A stretch of 64,000 nt of DNA from Candidatus Magasanikbacteria bacterium GW2011_GWA2_56_11 (GCA_001004885.1 LCRX01000009.1:1459-65458); one strand, 5' to 3'; counted from the stretch's first letter, positions 8,462 to 19,631 are shown. Notes: generated from the sequence alone by a model not told the origin. Program-made: numbers and translations.

Positions 8462-8755
8462 CAGTTGCTCGTCTCTCGACGAGAGAGACCAAAGAACGGA
8501 GTAATCTCCGGTTAACCCGGAGGTGAAGCAAATCACGGCTGATTTGAACGTTCGGTACCCGCACGCTCTGGTGCGGGAAAGCCTTGGCGCGCCAAAGAAA
8601 AGCGCTGCCCTGGCTTGCCCGCTATCCCCAAAGGTAACGGGATCCGAACCTAGCCCCCTGGCTGGGATTTTTATTCCCCAACCGGATGGCCGGAGACGCG
8701 GCCGGGGAATAATAAAATTGCGATCAATATAATTTGTTAACAGTAAGCAACCGTT
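8462..8755 (+). other. roughly 300-nt structured noncoding leader or sRNA upstream of rpsL
   Basis: No ORF; several hairpins (ctccggttaacccggag, cccgcacgctctggtgcggg); lies between the consensus promoter and the rpsL start. Confidence 0.2.
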
Positions 8756-9175
8756 ATGCCGACCATGAATCAAATTTTGCGCCAAGGCCGGGAGAAAGCC
8801 CGCCGCAAGTCCAAGGCGCCGGCGCTTCAGAGTACTTACGACAGTCTCCACCGCAAGCGCACCGAGCTTACCAAGGGAAGTCCGTTCAAGCGGGGCGTGT
8901 GCACCAAGGTGTACACCACGACCCCTAAAAAACCGAACTCGGCGCTGCGCAAAGTGGCCAAGGTTCGCTTGTCGAACGGCATGGAAGTTATTGCCTACAT
9001 CCCGGGCGAGGGCCACAATTTGCAGGAGCACTCTATCGTGCTGATCCGCGGCGGACGCGTAAAAGACCTGCCGGGTGTCCGGTACCATATCGTGCGCGGC
9101 GTTTACGATACTCAGGGCGTGAGCAATCGCCGTCGCGGCCGTTCTCTGTACGGCGGCAAGCGGCCGAAGAAGTAA
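8756..9175 (+). CDS. rpsL: ribosomal protein uS12
   Basis: Unmistakable S12 sequence. Confidence 0.97.
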   Translation: MPTMNQILRQGREKARRKSKAPALQSTYDSLHRKRTELTKGSPFKRGVCTKVYTTTPKKPNSALRKVAKVRLSNGMEVIAYIPGEGHNLQEHSIVLIRGGRVKDLPGVRYHIVRGVYDTQGVSNRRRGRSLYGGKRPKK

Positions 9176-9255
9176 CCTCCGCTACCCCAGCGCTGTCTTT
9201 TTGAAGAGCGCCGGGCGAGGGCCACATCATTTACCAATAATTTAACTACGAGCGT

Positions 9256-9735
9256 ATGTCCCGTGGAAAGTCAGTCGTCAAGCGCGTCGTCGCACCGGAT
9301 CACAAATACAAGAGCGTCCTAGTGGCGAAGTTTGTCAATTTTATCATGAAAAGCGGCAAAAAAAGCACGGCCGAGCACATTGTGTACGAGGCGCTCGAGG
9401 CGCTGGCCAAAAAACGCAATGAACCGCCGTTGCCGATATTTGAGCGTGTTATCGACACTATCCGTCCGCAAGTGGAAGTTCGTTCCCGGCGGGTCGGCGG
9501 CGCCAACTACCAGGTGCCAATGCCGGTGTCGGGCGACCGCCAAAACGCTTTGGCTTTCCGCTGGCTGACCGCCGCGGCCAAGGCGCGCAAAGGCCATTCG
9601 ATGGCCGAGAAATTACTCGGGGAATTTGTCGATGTTCTCGACGGCACGGGTGGCGCCATGAAGAAAAAAGAAGACGTGCACCGCATGGCCGAAGCCAACA
9701 AGGCGTTTGCGCACTTTGCGCGCTTTAACCGGTAA
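9256..9735 (+). CDS. rpsG: ribosomal protein uS7
   Basis: S7 sequence. Confidence 0.97.
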   Translation: MSRGKSVVKRVVAPDHKYKSVLVAKFVNFIMKSGKKSTAEHIVYEALEALAKKRNEPPLPIFERVIDTIRPQVEVRSRRVGGANYQVPMPVSGDRQNALAFRWLTAAAKARKGHSMAEKLLGEFVDVLDGTGGAMKKKEDVHRMAEANKAFAHFARFNR

Positions 9736-9754
9736 TCAATGTCCTTTTACCCCT

Positions 9755-11830
9755 ATGCCTCGTGAATATTCACTGGAAAAAACCCGTAACATCGGCATCA
9801 TGGCCCATATTGACGCCGGCAAAACTACCACGACCGAGCGCGTTTTGTTTTACACCGGCCGCAAGCATAAAATCGGCGAGGTGCACGAGGGCGCGGCCGA
9901 GATGGACTGGATGGAGCAGGAGAAGGAACGCGGCATCACTATTACGAGCGCCGCGACTACTTGTTTTTGGAAAGACAACCGGATTAATATTATTGACACC
10001 CCGGGCCATGTAGATTTTACGGTCGAGGTGGAGCGGTCGCTGCGCGTCCTCGATGGCGCAGTGGCTTTGTTTGACGGTTCCCAGGGCGTGGAGCCGCAGT
10101 CCGAAACCGTCTGGCGCCAGGCCGACAAGTATCGGGTGCCGCGGCTGTGTTTTGTCAACAAGATGGACAAGATGGGCGCGGATTTTTACATGAGCCTGCA
10201 GTCCATCAAGGACCGGCTGTCGCGCAAAGCGGTGGCCATCCAGATTCCGATCGGCGCCGAGTCGTCTTTTTCGGCCATTATCGATCTCATTGAACAGAAG
10301 GCTTACCACTTCGAAGGCGACCACGGCATGAAAATTTCCGCTTTCGATATCCCCGAGGAGATGAAGGACGCGGTGAAGAAATACCGGGCGGAACTCATGG
10401 AAAAAGTCGCCGAGGCAAACGACGAACTGATGAACAAATATCTAAACGGCGGCGAATTTTCGGTAGAGGAGATCCGGGGCGCTATCCGCGCTCTGGTCTT
10501 GAGAGACGAGATCTACCCAGTAATGTGCGGTTCGGCGCTCGGCAACATGGGCGTGCAGCTCATGCTCGACGCGGTTACCTACTACCTGCCGGCGCCGACA
10601 GATTTGCCGGCCGTAATCGGCACCGACCCGGCCGACGAAGAAAAAAAGATTGAGGTGAACGCCAACGATGACGAGCCGTTTGTCGGGCTGGCTTTCAAAA
10701 TCGCCACCGACCCGTTTGTCGGCAAGCTGGCATTTTTCCGCGTTTATTCGGGCAAGCTGGTGGCCGGCTCTTACGTAATCAATGCCCGCACCGGGCAGAA
10801 GGAGCGCATCGGCCGCATTGTCCGCATGCACGCCAACCATCGCGAAGACGTGAGTGAAGTTTATTCCGGCGAGATAGCGGCCGCGATTGGCCTTAAAAAT
10901 ACCATCACCGGAGACACCATTAGCGATGAGAACCGGTCCGTTCTTTTGGAGAGCATTACTTTTCCCGAACCGGTTATCCATATCGCCATCGAACCCAAGA
11001 CCAAGGCCGACCAGGAGAAAATGGGCATTGCGCTGCAGAAACTGGCCGAAGAAGACCCGACATTCCGTATCCACACGGACGAGGAGACATTGCAAACCAT
11101 TATTTCCGGCATGGGCGAACTTCACCTGGAAATTATCGTGGACCGGATGAAGCGCGAGTTCGGAGTGCTCGCCAACGTGGGCGCGCCGCAGGTGGCCTTT
11201 AAAGAGACCATCCGCCAGAGCGCCGAGGCCGAAGGGAAATACATCAAGCAATCGGGCGGTCGAGGCCAGTACGGCCACTGCTGGCTCAGGCTCGAACCGA
11301 TGGAAGCCGGCCAGGGATTTGAGTTCGTGGATGAGATCAAGGGCGGGCTTATTCCGCGCGAATATATACCCGCCATTCAAAAGGGCGTCAAAGAGGCAAA
11401 AGACAAGGGTGTGGTGGCCGGCTATCCGCTGGTTGACATCAAGGCCACTGTCTTCGACGGCAGCTATCACGAGGTCGACTCTTCGGAAATCGCCTTTAAA
11501 ATGGCCGGGAGCCTGGCTTTTCAGGAAGCGGTAAAAAAGGCTTCGCCGGTAATTCTTGAGCCTATTATGGAGGTGGAGGTAACCACTCCGGAGGAATACA
11601 TGGGAGACATTATCGGAGACCTGAGCGCCAAACGCGGCCAAATCCAAGAGATGACCGAGCGCGGCCAGTCCAAGGTGGTGCGGGCCATGGTTCCCCTGGC
11701 CAGCATGTTCGGCTACGCCACTTCTTTGCGCTCCATGTCGCAGGGCCGGGCCAGTTACGCCATGGAGTTCCACCACTACGCGGAGTGCCCGAAAAACATT
11801 GAAGCTGAAATCGTGGCGGGGAGAAAGTAA
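9755..11830 (+). CDS. fusA: elongation factor G
   Basis: [20 protein letters not shown]; start set at the ATG just after the rpsG stop (the track ORF begins upstream at an alternative start). Confidence 0.97.
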   Translation: MPREYSLEKTRNIGIMAHIDAGKTTTTERVLFYTGRKHKIGEVHEGAAEMDWMEQEKERGITITSAATTCFWKDNRINIIDTPGHVDFTVEVERSLRVLDGAVALFDGSQGVEPQSETVWRQADKYRVPRLCFVNKMDKMGADFYMSLQSIKDRLSRKAVAIQIPIGAESSFSAIIDLIEQKAYHFEGDHGMKISAFDIPEEMKDAVKKYRAELMEKVAEANDELMNKYLNGGEFSVEEIRGAIRALVLRDEIYPVMCGSALGNMGVQLMLDAVTYYLPAPTDLPAVIGTDPADEEKKIEVNANDDEPFVGLAFKIATDPFVGKLAFFRVYSGKLVAGSYVINARTGQKERIGRIVRMHANHREDVSEVYSGEIAAAIGLKNTITGDTISDENRSVLLESITFPEPVIHIAIEPKTKADQEKMGIALQKLAEEDPTFRIHTDEETLQTIISGMGELHLEIIVDRMKREFGVLANVGAPQVAFKETIRQSAEAEGKYIKQSGGRGQYGHCWLRLEPMEAGQGFEFVDEIKGGLIPREYIPAIQKGVKEAKDKGVVAGYPLVDIKATVFDGSYHEVDSSEIAFKMAGSLAFQEAVKKASPVILEPIMEVEVTTPEEYMGDIIGDLSAKRGQIQEMTERGQSKVVRAMVPLASMFGYATSLRSMSQGRASYAMEFHHYAECPKNIEAEIVAGRK

Positions 11831-11845
11831 CCGCCCGCGAATTAA

Positions 11846-12008
11846 CTAGAACCCATCTCAAAAATAATTCCGGCTCAATTTTGGCCTGTTTCGGCTGCAA
11901 ATTGTCCGGTTCTCGTCGCCATAGTACCACTATGCCTCCTCAACCCGGACAATTTTCGCTCGAAGCAGGCCAAAATTGTCTCGGAATTATTTTTGAGATG
12001 GGTTCTAA
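11846..12008 (-). mobile_element. family B MITE-like element copy B2 (inverted orientation)
   Basis: Terminal inverted repeats TAGAACCCATCTCAAAAATAA / TTATTTTTGAGATGGGTTCTAA; internal palindrome. Confidence 0.6.
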
Positions 12009-12010
12009 TA

Positions 12011-12040
12011 AACGACTCCTTGCCCGGGGTCGTTTATTTG
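12011..12040 (+). terminator. rho-independent terminator after fusA
   Basis: aacgac...gtcgtt stem plus tatttg. Confidence 0.45.
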
Positions 12041-12244
12041 TTAATCGCGCGTTTTTGTCCTGTTTACGCGAAAGCGGGTTATCCACATATCTCTTGGAAG
12101 TGCAGGTTTTTTAATGCCCAGCTTTATTGTATACTAAACAATATTTAATTAATGCCGTTTAGGCATAATTACTTATCCTACTGAACCCGCGGGAAGCAGT
12201 TAATTTTTCCTTGGGGGACGCTTTAGGGTAAGTGTATAGGACTT

Positions 12245-13930
12245 ATGCACGATTTCAAGAAAATCGGCAAAAAGTTCGCCACCCTTACCGTTGTCGGCGC
12301 GACAATGGCGTGGAGTGTCGGACTTTCCGCGCTCGTTCCGTCGGGCGTGTCGGCCGCCACTTGCCCCGAGCTCAAGGCCGGGGAGCGTTTTAAAGTGAAA
12401 GGAAACGCGGCTGTCTATCTCCTGAACGCGGAGATGCAGCGCATGTACTTCCCGAATTCGGAAGTTTACTTCACTTGGTACAACGATTTTTCGGGCGTTA
12501 CCGAAATTGACCCGTCGTGCACCGACGCGTATCCCAGCGGCGGCGGCGTTAACTACCGTCCCGGTTCCCGGCTGGTTAAAACCCCGATCTCCCCGAGCGT
12601 CTTCGTGATCGGCGTCAACAACACCAAGCACAAGCTGGAGAGCGAAGATGTGGCCAAGGCTCTGTTCGGCGCCAACTGGGCCAAGCTGGTGCGCGACCTG
12701 GCTGATGCTTTTGACGCCAACTACAAAGTCGGGCCGGCCATTACCCAGGTCAAACTCGTGGATGGCATGCTCGTTCGCAAGGCCGGCAGCTCCGAAGTGT
12801 ACTTTGTGGCGGGCGGTAAACTGAAGCTCGTCAAAGGCACCCTGCCGAAGTCTTCAAAGAATGACGTCCGCAACGTCTCGGACGAGGTGTTGGCGACGGC
12901 TGAACTCGCTTCCGACGAGGCGGCCCCGGTCGCTCTCACCAGCGATCCCACCCAGCGGGGAGGGATAGAGGTGGATACGACGGTGAGTGAAGAGCTCGAT
13001 CCGAAAGCCGGCGGTTCCGAGAATGACAGCCCGGCGGCTAACCCTGACGCGGTCGAAGCCGACCTGAAAGAGGAAGCCTCGAAGACCGACAGCTCCACGG
13101 ACACCAAGACTACCACTGACACCAAAACCACCGACACCACTACCGAGACCAAAACTACCGAGACCACACCGGCCGGCACTGGTGCCTACCGCTTTAAGGC
13201 CGGCACCGGGACCGATGCCGACGGCTGGGTCGACTGGACCAAGGTTAAAGCCTCGGACTTCTCCGGCGTCTCCGGCCTGACGGTCCAGTTGCTGCCGGAC
13301 AACGCGGTGGACTTCTCCAAAGGCCATAAGGAGAGCTTATTTGGGAGTGGCAGCTATTCATGGGAATTCCTGGAGCCCCGCACCGAGAGAAAGTACGATG
13401 TTTATAACGGCCATTACGTCATGGTCATTGACGGCAAGGCGGACACCGGCAGCTTTTACGACGACGTCGGCATCGCGGCCGAGGAGTTGGTCAGCAACCA
13501 GGGCCAGCCGACGCTCAACATCAAACGGGTAGATCTCGGGGTGGACGACGAGACCAAGTACACGGCGCGCCAGTACGCCGAAGAGTGGTACACATCCATC
13601 AAGAACGCGCTCTTGGACCTGGCCAAGAAACAGCCCCCGACAAATTGCGAGCTGACTGACGCGGCTTACGACACCAAGACTTACGGCGCGAACGAATTCG
13701 TGCTTGTAAGCTGGATTCAGGTGTGCAAGGTGAGCGGCTCGGACGGTTCGCCGTGGAAGGTGCCGGCCTACGCTTTTGCCAAAAGCAAGAGTACCGGTAA
13801 AATCCTCGCGGTCTATTTCCTCAACAGCAATCTAGACGCCCGCAAAGGCGGCACCAACGATCTTGATCCGGCCAAGGAAATCAGCAGCAAGTTTGTTGAA
13901 CAATTCCTAAGCAAGATTAAGTTCGAGTAA
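12245..13930 (+). CDS. secreted hypothetical protein with a signal peptide and a Thr-rich low-complexity linker
   Basis: 561 aa; N-terminal signal peptide; TDTKTTTDTKTTDTTTETKTTETT tract. Confidence 0.7.
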   Translation: MHDFKKIGKKFATLTVVGATMAWSVGLSALVPSGVSAATCPELKAGERFKVKGNAAVYLLNAEMQRMYFPNSEVYFTWYNDFSGVTEIDPSCTDAYPSGGGVNYRPGSRLVKTPISPSVFVIGVNNTKHKLESEDVAKALFGANWAKLVRDLADAFDANYKVGPAITQVKLVDGMLVRKAGSSEVYFVAGGKLKLVKGTLPKSSKNDVRNVSDEVLATAELASDEAAPVALTSDPTQRGGIEVDTTVSEELDPKAGGSENDSPAANPDAVEADLKEEASKTDSSTDTKTTTDTKTTDTTTETKTTETTPAGTGAYRFKAGTGTDADGWVDWTKVKASDFSGVSGLTVQLLPDNAVDFSKGHKESLFGSGSYSWEFLEPRTERKYDVYNGHYVMVIDGKADTGSFYDDVGIAAEELVSNQGQPTLNIKRVDLGVDDETKYTARQYAEEWYTSIKNALLDLAKKQPPTNCELTDAAYDTKTYGANEFVLVSWIQVCKVSGSDGSPWKVPAYAFAKSKSTGKILAVYFLNSNLDARKGGTNDLDPAKEISSKFVEQFLSKIKFE

Positions 13931-14081
13931 ACCGTTGAATCCAAAAAGAACCCCGGCCATACCGGGGTTCTTTGTTATTCAGGTGGAGTGCCGGCAAAGC
14001 AGAGGAGTTGGCTCCGGGGCGCGGCGCGTCATTGATTTTTCTTCTCTCGATTGGTATAGTCTAGGCAATCAAAAACAGCGT

Positions 14082-14810
14082 ATGAAATTCAACGTCATCA
14101 CTATTTTTCCCGGCATCATAACCGGCTATGCTTCAGAAAGTATTTTGGGCCGCGCCCAAAAGGCGGGGATTATGGCTGTCCGGGCCGTTAACCTGCGTGA
14201 TTTTACTACCGATCGCCACCAAACTGTCGACGACACCCCTTGCGGGGGCGGGGCGGGAATGGTAATGAAGCCTGAACCGATTTACGCGGCCTTGAAGAGC
14301 CTGGGCGCGATTCCGTTCCGGAAAGATGACGGACTGGCCAAGATCAAAAAGATCATGACCGGGGATATCGCCAAAAAGAAGCGCACGGTCCTTCTTTCGC
14401 CGCGAGGGCGGCAATTTGATCAGCGTACAGCCGAGCAGTGGAGCAAGCTTTCGGAATTGACCCTTATGTGCGGCCGTTACGAAGGTGTGGACGAACGGGT
14501 GGCCGAACGCATGGTGGACGAAGAGATTTCCATCGGCCCTTACGTGCTCGCCGGCGGCGAACTTGGAGCTTTGGTGATAATAGAAGCGGTGGCGCGGTTG
14601 TTGCCAGGGGTTTTGGGGAATCCAGAGTCGCTGATGGAAGAAACGCACGGCCGGACTCCGGAGGCGGGGGAGATGACCGGAGAAGAAGCGCGCGGCGAAT
14701 ACCCCCAGTACACCAAACCGGCGGAGTTTAAGGGTTGGAAAGTGCCAGACGTCCTGCTGTCGGGCGATCACAAGCGCATCGCCGAGTGGCGGCGTAAAAA
14801 TCGCCGGTAA
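14082..14810 (+). CDS. trmD: tRNA (guanine37-N1)-methyltransferase
   Basis: MKFNVITIFPG...LMCGRYEGVDERV...GGELGALVIIEA. Confidence 0.9.
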   Translation: MKFNVITIFPGIITGYASESILGRAQKAGIMAVRAVNLRDFTTDRHQTVDDTPCGGGAGMVMKPEPIYAALKSLGAIPFRKDDGLAKIKKIMTGDIAKKKRTVLLSPRGRQFDQRTAEQWSKLSELTLMCGRYEGVDERVAERMVDEEISIGPYVLAGGELGALVIIEAVARLLPGVLGNPESLMEETHGRTPEAGEMTGEEARGEYPQYTKPAEFKGWKVPDVLLSGDHKRIAEWRRKNRR

Positions 14811-14834
14811 CCAGCCTGCGCATAACAAATCCTT

Positions 14835-14860
14835 ACCCGGCCCCGGCCGGGTATTTTTTA
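14835..14860 (+). terminator. rho-independent terminator after trmD
   Basis: acccggcc / ggccgggt stem plus a T-run. Confidence 0.5.
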
Positions 14861-14962
14861 TTGGCAAAGGCTGTCAAAGGGTTTTGCCTGTGTCAGGTAT
14901 GGACTAAACGGATAAAATATAGTGGCTGAGCTTATCCACAGTTTTTGTGCCGGGAGCTGGGC

Positions 14963-14990
14963 TTGACAAGGTTTTTGGGTATGATACAAT
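14963..14990 (+). promoter_or_regulatory. sigma70-like promoter TTGACA-N16-TACAAT upstream of the 16S rRNA
   Basis: Hexamers read directly; a TTATCCACA box sits about 30 nt upstream. Confidence 0.5.
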
Positions 14991-15642
14991 GTCCAAGCCT
15001 AAAGAAATTCCCTACAACTGAAGATTTTCCCAAGTCTTAACCGACCGCTCCGGCTGGGCCGGGGCCGGGTAAAGAAACTAGGAAGAGAGAAGAGCAACCC
15101 GATTAGTAGGTTTCTCTTTTTTCTTTTGGGGGAGTGCGATCTTTACAATTTATAACAAGCAAACAACGGTAAAACCGGCACCAAATGGTGCTGGAGGTTC
15201 ACATTATAAACGTGACAAGAACCAATTCCAACGCAAGTTGGAGATCGTCTATTCTAGTATAGGAATCAACCTCCTCTGGAGCTAGTCTCCAGGGAGTTTC
15301 TCATTGTCCTTCGGGACTTTATTGAGAGTTTGATCCTGGCTCAGGACGAACGTTGGCGGCGTGTTTAAGGCATGCAAGTCGAGGGATCGGCCGTAGCAAT
15401 ACGGTACGGACCGGCAGACGGGAGAGGAACACATTGGCAACCTACCTTCGAGACGGGGATAGCCCCGGGAAACCGGGATTAATACCCGATGGTCATGGGG
15501 GGACATAAGTCATTCCCATGTAAATCATTTCTGGCTCGAAGAGGGGCCTATGCCCTATCAGCTAGTTGGTGAGGTAATAGCTCACCAAGGCTACGACGGG
15601 TAGGGGACGTGAGAGCGTGACCCCCCTCACTGGGACTGAGAA

Positions 15643-15673
<31 letters not shown>

Positions 15674-15807
15674 AAGAATCTTCCGCAATGGACGAAAGTC
15701 TGACGGAGCGACGCCGCGTGCAGGATGAAGCCCCTCGGGGTGTAAACTGCTTTTATAGGGGACGAATTTGTGACGGTACCCTATGAATAAGAGGTTGCTA
15801 ACTCTGT

Positions 15808-16673
15808 AAGCCCAAACCGGGCCTGGTGCAGAGTGATTGTGGTAACACAGTCAAAGAAAATCTCGCTATATGCTGGAAACTTCTGTTAATGGCACACTAC
15901 CTAAAAACGGTGACAATGTGTGTCAAACCCAAAAAAACGTACTACCGCACGTATAGGGGTTGCAGAACAATCAGCAGGAAACCGCAAACTACAACCGGTT
16001 TGCGGGCTCCTCAGAGACTACACGCGAGACTCCCGAGTTAGTCGGGATGATGATATAGTCCAACGAGCTCTTCATATGAAGGCAGAAGTGAAAGAAATAG
16101 TAACCGCCTCGCTTTTAGGTGATGGTTGGTTGACGGAATTGAAGCCGAGAACAGGAACCGCTATGTACTATGTGAAATATCATGGTCGTAGCCGGGATTA
16201 TCTGCAATGGCTTCACGGACAAGTTCGCGAACTTGGTCCTTCTGAACTGAAGGAAGTCGCGCGCTATGGTCAATATTATTTCTACACGAAAGCCCGAACA
16301 GACATCGGCGAACTAAGAAAACTTTTTTACCCAAACGAGGGAAGAAAAGTGATTCCGCGAAATATCCGCGAACTGCTATCTACGCCCAAAGCCTTGGCCA
16401 TTTGGTACCAAGACGATGGAACATTAGATAAACGGTCGCGTGATCATTGGAATGCAATGTTCGCTACGTATTGTTTTGGTTATGAAGAGTGCGAGCTGCT
16501 TGCGAAAACACTGAAAGATAACTTCGACCTGGCTGTATCGGTTTGCCGATGCCAGATGCGGGGTAAAATGTATTATCGGCTTTATGTGCGATCCCAAAGT
16601 ATGAATAACTTCATACGACTCGTACAGCCGCATATACACCCATCATTCAGTTACAAAATTTCGCTTAACAATG
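15808..16673 (+). mobile_element. group I intron in the 16S rRNA (866 nt) carrying a homing endonuclease ORF
   Basis: Exon 1 ends ...CTAACTCTGT (terminal U); the intron ends ...AATG (terminal G); exon 2 resumes GCCAGCAGCAGCGGTAATAC. Confidence 0.7.
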
Positions 16674-16690
16674 GCCAGCAGCAGCGGTAA
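16076..16690 (+). CDS. LAGLIDADG homing endonuclease (two-motif, intron-encoded)
   Basis: LLGDGWL and WYQDDGT LAGLIDADG motifs; the ORF reads through the 3' splice site into exon 2. Confidence 0.8.
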   Translation: MKAEVKEIVTASLLGDGWLTELKPRTGTAMYYVKYHGRSRDYLQWLHGQVRELGPSELKEVARYGQYYFYTKARTDIGELRKLFYPNEGRKVIPRNIRELLSTPKALAIWYQDDGTLDKRSRDHWNAMFATYCFGYEECELLAKTLKDNFDLAVSVCRCQMRGKMYYRLYVRSQSMNNFIRLVQPHIHPSFSYKISLNNGQQQR

Positions 16691-17636
16691 TACAGAGACC
16701 TCAAACGTTGTCCGGATTCATTGGGCGTAAAGCGTCCGCAGGTGGCATGGAAAGTCAGGGGTCAAAGCTTCCGACTTAATCGGAAATCTGCTTCTGATAC
16801 TTCCAAGCTAGAGGTTGTGAGAGGCACACGGAACTGCCGGTGTAGTAGTAAAATGCGTTGATATCGGCAGGAACACCAAAGGCGAAGGCAGTGTGCTGGA
16901 ACAATCCTGACACTCAGGGACGAAAGCGTGGGGAGCGAATGGGATTAGATACCCCAGTAGTCCACGCCCTAAACTATGTGTACTAGGTATATGGAGTATC
17001 GACCCTCCATGTGCCGTTTAAAAAAGCTAACGCGTTAAGTACACCGCCTGGGGAGTACGGCCGCAAGGTTAAAACTCAAAGGAATAGACGGGGACCCGCA
17101 CAAGCGGAGGATCATGCGGCCCTTAAGTGGGGTAACGAGCGCAACCCTCGTTGTGTGTTACATTGGACACACGAGACTGCTCGCGCAAGCGAGAGGAAGG
17201 TGGGGACGACGTCAAATCAGCATGGCTCTTACGTCCCGGGCGACACGCATGATACAATGGCCAGTACAAAGGGTTGCCAAGCCGCGAGGTGGAGCTAATC
17301 CCATAAAGCTGGTCTCAGTTCGGATTGCAGGCTGCAACTCGCCTGCATGAAGCTGGATTCGCTAGTAAACGCGCATCAGCCACGGCGCGTTGAATACGTT
17401 CTCGGGTCTTGTACTCACCGCCCGTCACACCACGAAAGTTGGCAATGCCCGAAGGCTCTCGTTCGAGGGACGAAGGCAGGGTCAATGATCAGGGTGAAGT
17501 CGTAACAAGGCATCCGTAGCGGAAGCTGTGGATGGATCACCTCCTTTCTGGAGTTACTCTCGGGAAACCGAGTGAAACTACTAACGAGTACAAAAAGAGT
17601 AGATGATCGGTTTCTTGTCACGTTTATCGTGTGAAT

Positions 17637-17667
17637 TAAAAACAGCCCTGTGGAGGGCTGTTTTTTG
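17637..17667 (+). terminator. rho-independent terminator just after the 16S (aacagccctg...cagggctgtt plus TTTTTT)
   Basis: Perfect stem plus T6. Confidence 0.6.
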
Positions 17668-17671
17668 CGCC

Positions 17672-17700
17672 TTGACGGCCCCGGTTTCTACCCCTATAAT
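17672..17700 (+). promoter_or_regulatory. sigma70-like promoter TTGACG-N17-TATAAT
   Basis: Hexamers read directly. Confidence 0.4.
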
Positions 17701-17728
17701 CCCCACGTAAAATTAACACCTTATACTT

Positions 17729-18247
17729 ATGACCAAGCGTTTCGACCGCCTGTTGTCCCTGGCCCAGAAAACCGGCAATCCGCTTATTGTCCACGATCGA
17801 TCCGAAAAGCGTGACATGGTGGTCTTGAGTGTCGACGAATACGAGATGATGCTCGACACGCAGGAGTTTGCCGGCGAGGAGCCGCTCCGGGATGTCCGGG
17901 AGTTGTCCGAGGGCGAGATGCTCGATAAGATAAACCGCGATATCGCTATCTGGCGTTCGGCGCAGGAACTAGACGGGGCAGAAGACAGGGGCGAGATGCT
18001 CGCGGAGGAATGGCGCCAGAGTGCGGTCGAAGCGACAGCCAATCGCGGCCGGCATCAGGCAGGCGAGGTGATCAGGAAAACTTATCCGGCAGAGAGTCCG
18101 GACGCCGCTATCCGCTATGAGCCTGCCGGCGAGGAATCGTTGACCGGCCCCCAGCCCATTCCCGAGGCGGCCGCCGAATCGGCGGCTATCGGAGGCGGGG
18201 AGCCGCTCGAAGGCGACCCGATATTCTTTGAGGAACCGGTGGAATAG
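17729..18247 (+). CDS. hypothetical acidic protein; the N-terminus weakly resembles Phd/YefM antitoxins
   Basis: 172 aa; LIVHDRSEKRDMVVLSVDEYEMM pattern; very acidic C-terminal half; no partner toxin nearby. Confidence 0.55.
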   Translation: MTKRFDRLLSLAQKTGNPLIVHDRSEKRDMVVLSVDEYEMMLDTQEFAGEEPLRDVRELSEGEMLDKINRDIAIWRSAQELDGAEDRGEMLAEEWRQSAVEATANRGRHQAGEVIRKTYPAESPDAAIRYEPAGEESLTGPQPIPEAAAESAAIGGGEPLEGDPIFFEEPVE

Positions 18248-18270
18248 CCCAACAATCCCCAGATTATCCC

Positions 18271-18299
18271 TTGACTTACCGGTGCGCTTTCGTTATAAT
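18271..18299 (+). promoter_or_regulatory. consensus sigma70 promoter TTGACT-N17-TATAAT upstream of tuf
   Basis: Hexamers read directly; TTATCCACA lies 14 nt downstream. Confidence 0.5.
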
Positions 18300-18440
18300 C
18301 CTAGACGCAATCGGTTATCCACATATTTTGGCTACATTAAGCGCTGCTTATTGTAACCAATTATTTTTTTACTAACTGTTATATCGCTGGTTCACAAATC
18401 TGCTTTAGCCACCTAAAGCAGTGCGATATACGCCAACCGT

Positions 18441-19631
18441 ATGGCAGATTTTCAGAGAACCAAGCCACACGTCAACGTCGGTACCATCGGTCACGTCGAC
18501 CACGGTAAAACGACGACCACCGCGGCCATCCTTAAGGTAGCCGCCGCGCACGGCCTCAACGCCGACCTTAAAGAGGTAAACGACCTCGACAAGGCGCCGG
18601 AATCCAAAGCGCGCGGCATCACCATCGCGACCGCGCACGTCGAGTATGAGACCGAGAACCGCCACTACGCGCACGTTGACTGTCCAGGCCATGCCGACTA
18701 CGTCAAGAACATGATCACGGGCGCTGCCCAGATGGACGGCGCTATCCTCGTGGTTTCGGCTGCCGACGGTCCCATGCCCCAGACTCGCGAGCACATCCTG
18801 CTCGCCCGCCAGGTCGGCGTACCGTATATCGTCGTGTTCCTCAACAAAGTTGACCAGGTTTCCGACCCGGAGCTCATCGACCTCGTGGAAGAGGAAGTGC
18901 GCGATCTTTTGAAGAAGTACGAATTCCCCGGCGATGTTACTCCGGTGATCCGCGGTTCGGCCCTGAAGGCCCTGGAGAATCCGAACGACGAGGCCGCGGC
19001 CAAGCCGATAATGGATCTTCTGAAAACCCTGGATGAGTACATCCCGGAGCCGCAGCGCGATCTCGACAAACCGCTCCTGATGCCGATCGAAGACGTTTTC
19101 TCTATCGAGGGACGCGGCACCGTGGTTACCGGACGTATCGAGCGCGGCAAAGTGAAGATCGGCGATGAAATCGAAATCGTCGGCATGAAGCCGGAGACGA
19201 TGAAGACCACCGTTACCGGTATTGAAATGTTCAACAAGAGCCTGCAGGAAGGCATGGCCGGCGACAACGCCGGGGTCCTTCTGCGCGGCACCAAGAAGGA
19301 CGAAGTGGAGCGCGGCATGGTGCTCGCCAAAACCGGCACTATCAAGCCGCACACCGAGTTCGAGGCCAAGGTGTACGCCTTGACCAAAGAAGAAGGCGGC
19401 CGCCACAAGCCCTTCTTCAACGGTTACAAACCGCAGTTTTACATCCGCACGACCGATGTAACCGGCGAGGTAACTCTCCCCGAGGGCACCGAGATGGTGA
19501 TGCCGGGGGACACGACCAATCTCAAGGTCAAACTCATCATGCCGGTGGCTATCGAAGAACAAATGCGCTTCGCTATCCGCGAAGGCGGCCGCACTGTCGG
19601 CGCCGGCGCGGTAACCAAGATTCTTGTCTAA
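18441..19631 (+). CDS. tuf: elongation factor Tu
   Basis: [21 protein letters not shown] motifs. Confidence 0.97.
   Translation: MADFQRTKPHVNVGTIGHVDHGKTTTTAAILKVAAAHGLNADLKEVNDLDKAPESKARGITIATAHVEYETENRHYAHVDCPGHADYVKNMITGAAQMDGAILVVSAADGPMPQTREHILLARQVGVPYIVVFLNKVDQVSDPELIDLVEEEVRDLLKKYEFPGDVTPVIRGSALKALENPNDEAAAKPIMDLLKTLDEYIPEPQRDLDKPLLMPIEDVFSIEGRGTVVTGRIERGKVKIGDEIEIVGMKPETMKTTVTGIEMFNKSLQEGMAGDNAGVLLRGTKKDEVERGMVLAKTGTIKPHTEFEAKVYALTKEEGGRHKPFFNGYKPQFYIRTTDVTGEVTLPEGTEMVMPGDTTNLKVKLIMPVAIEEQMRFAIREGGRTVGAGAVTKILV

Noticed and set aside
18405-19562. Long minus-strand ORFs antisense to tuf, fusA (10442-11776), secY (29778-31145), the giant gene (44204-47464) and others in the ORF track
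   Set aside because: They overlap strongly conserved genes on the opposite strand and their translations are low-complexity. They are artefacts of GC-rich sequence without stops.
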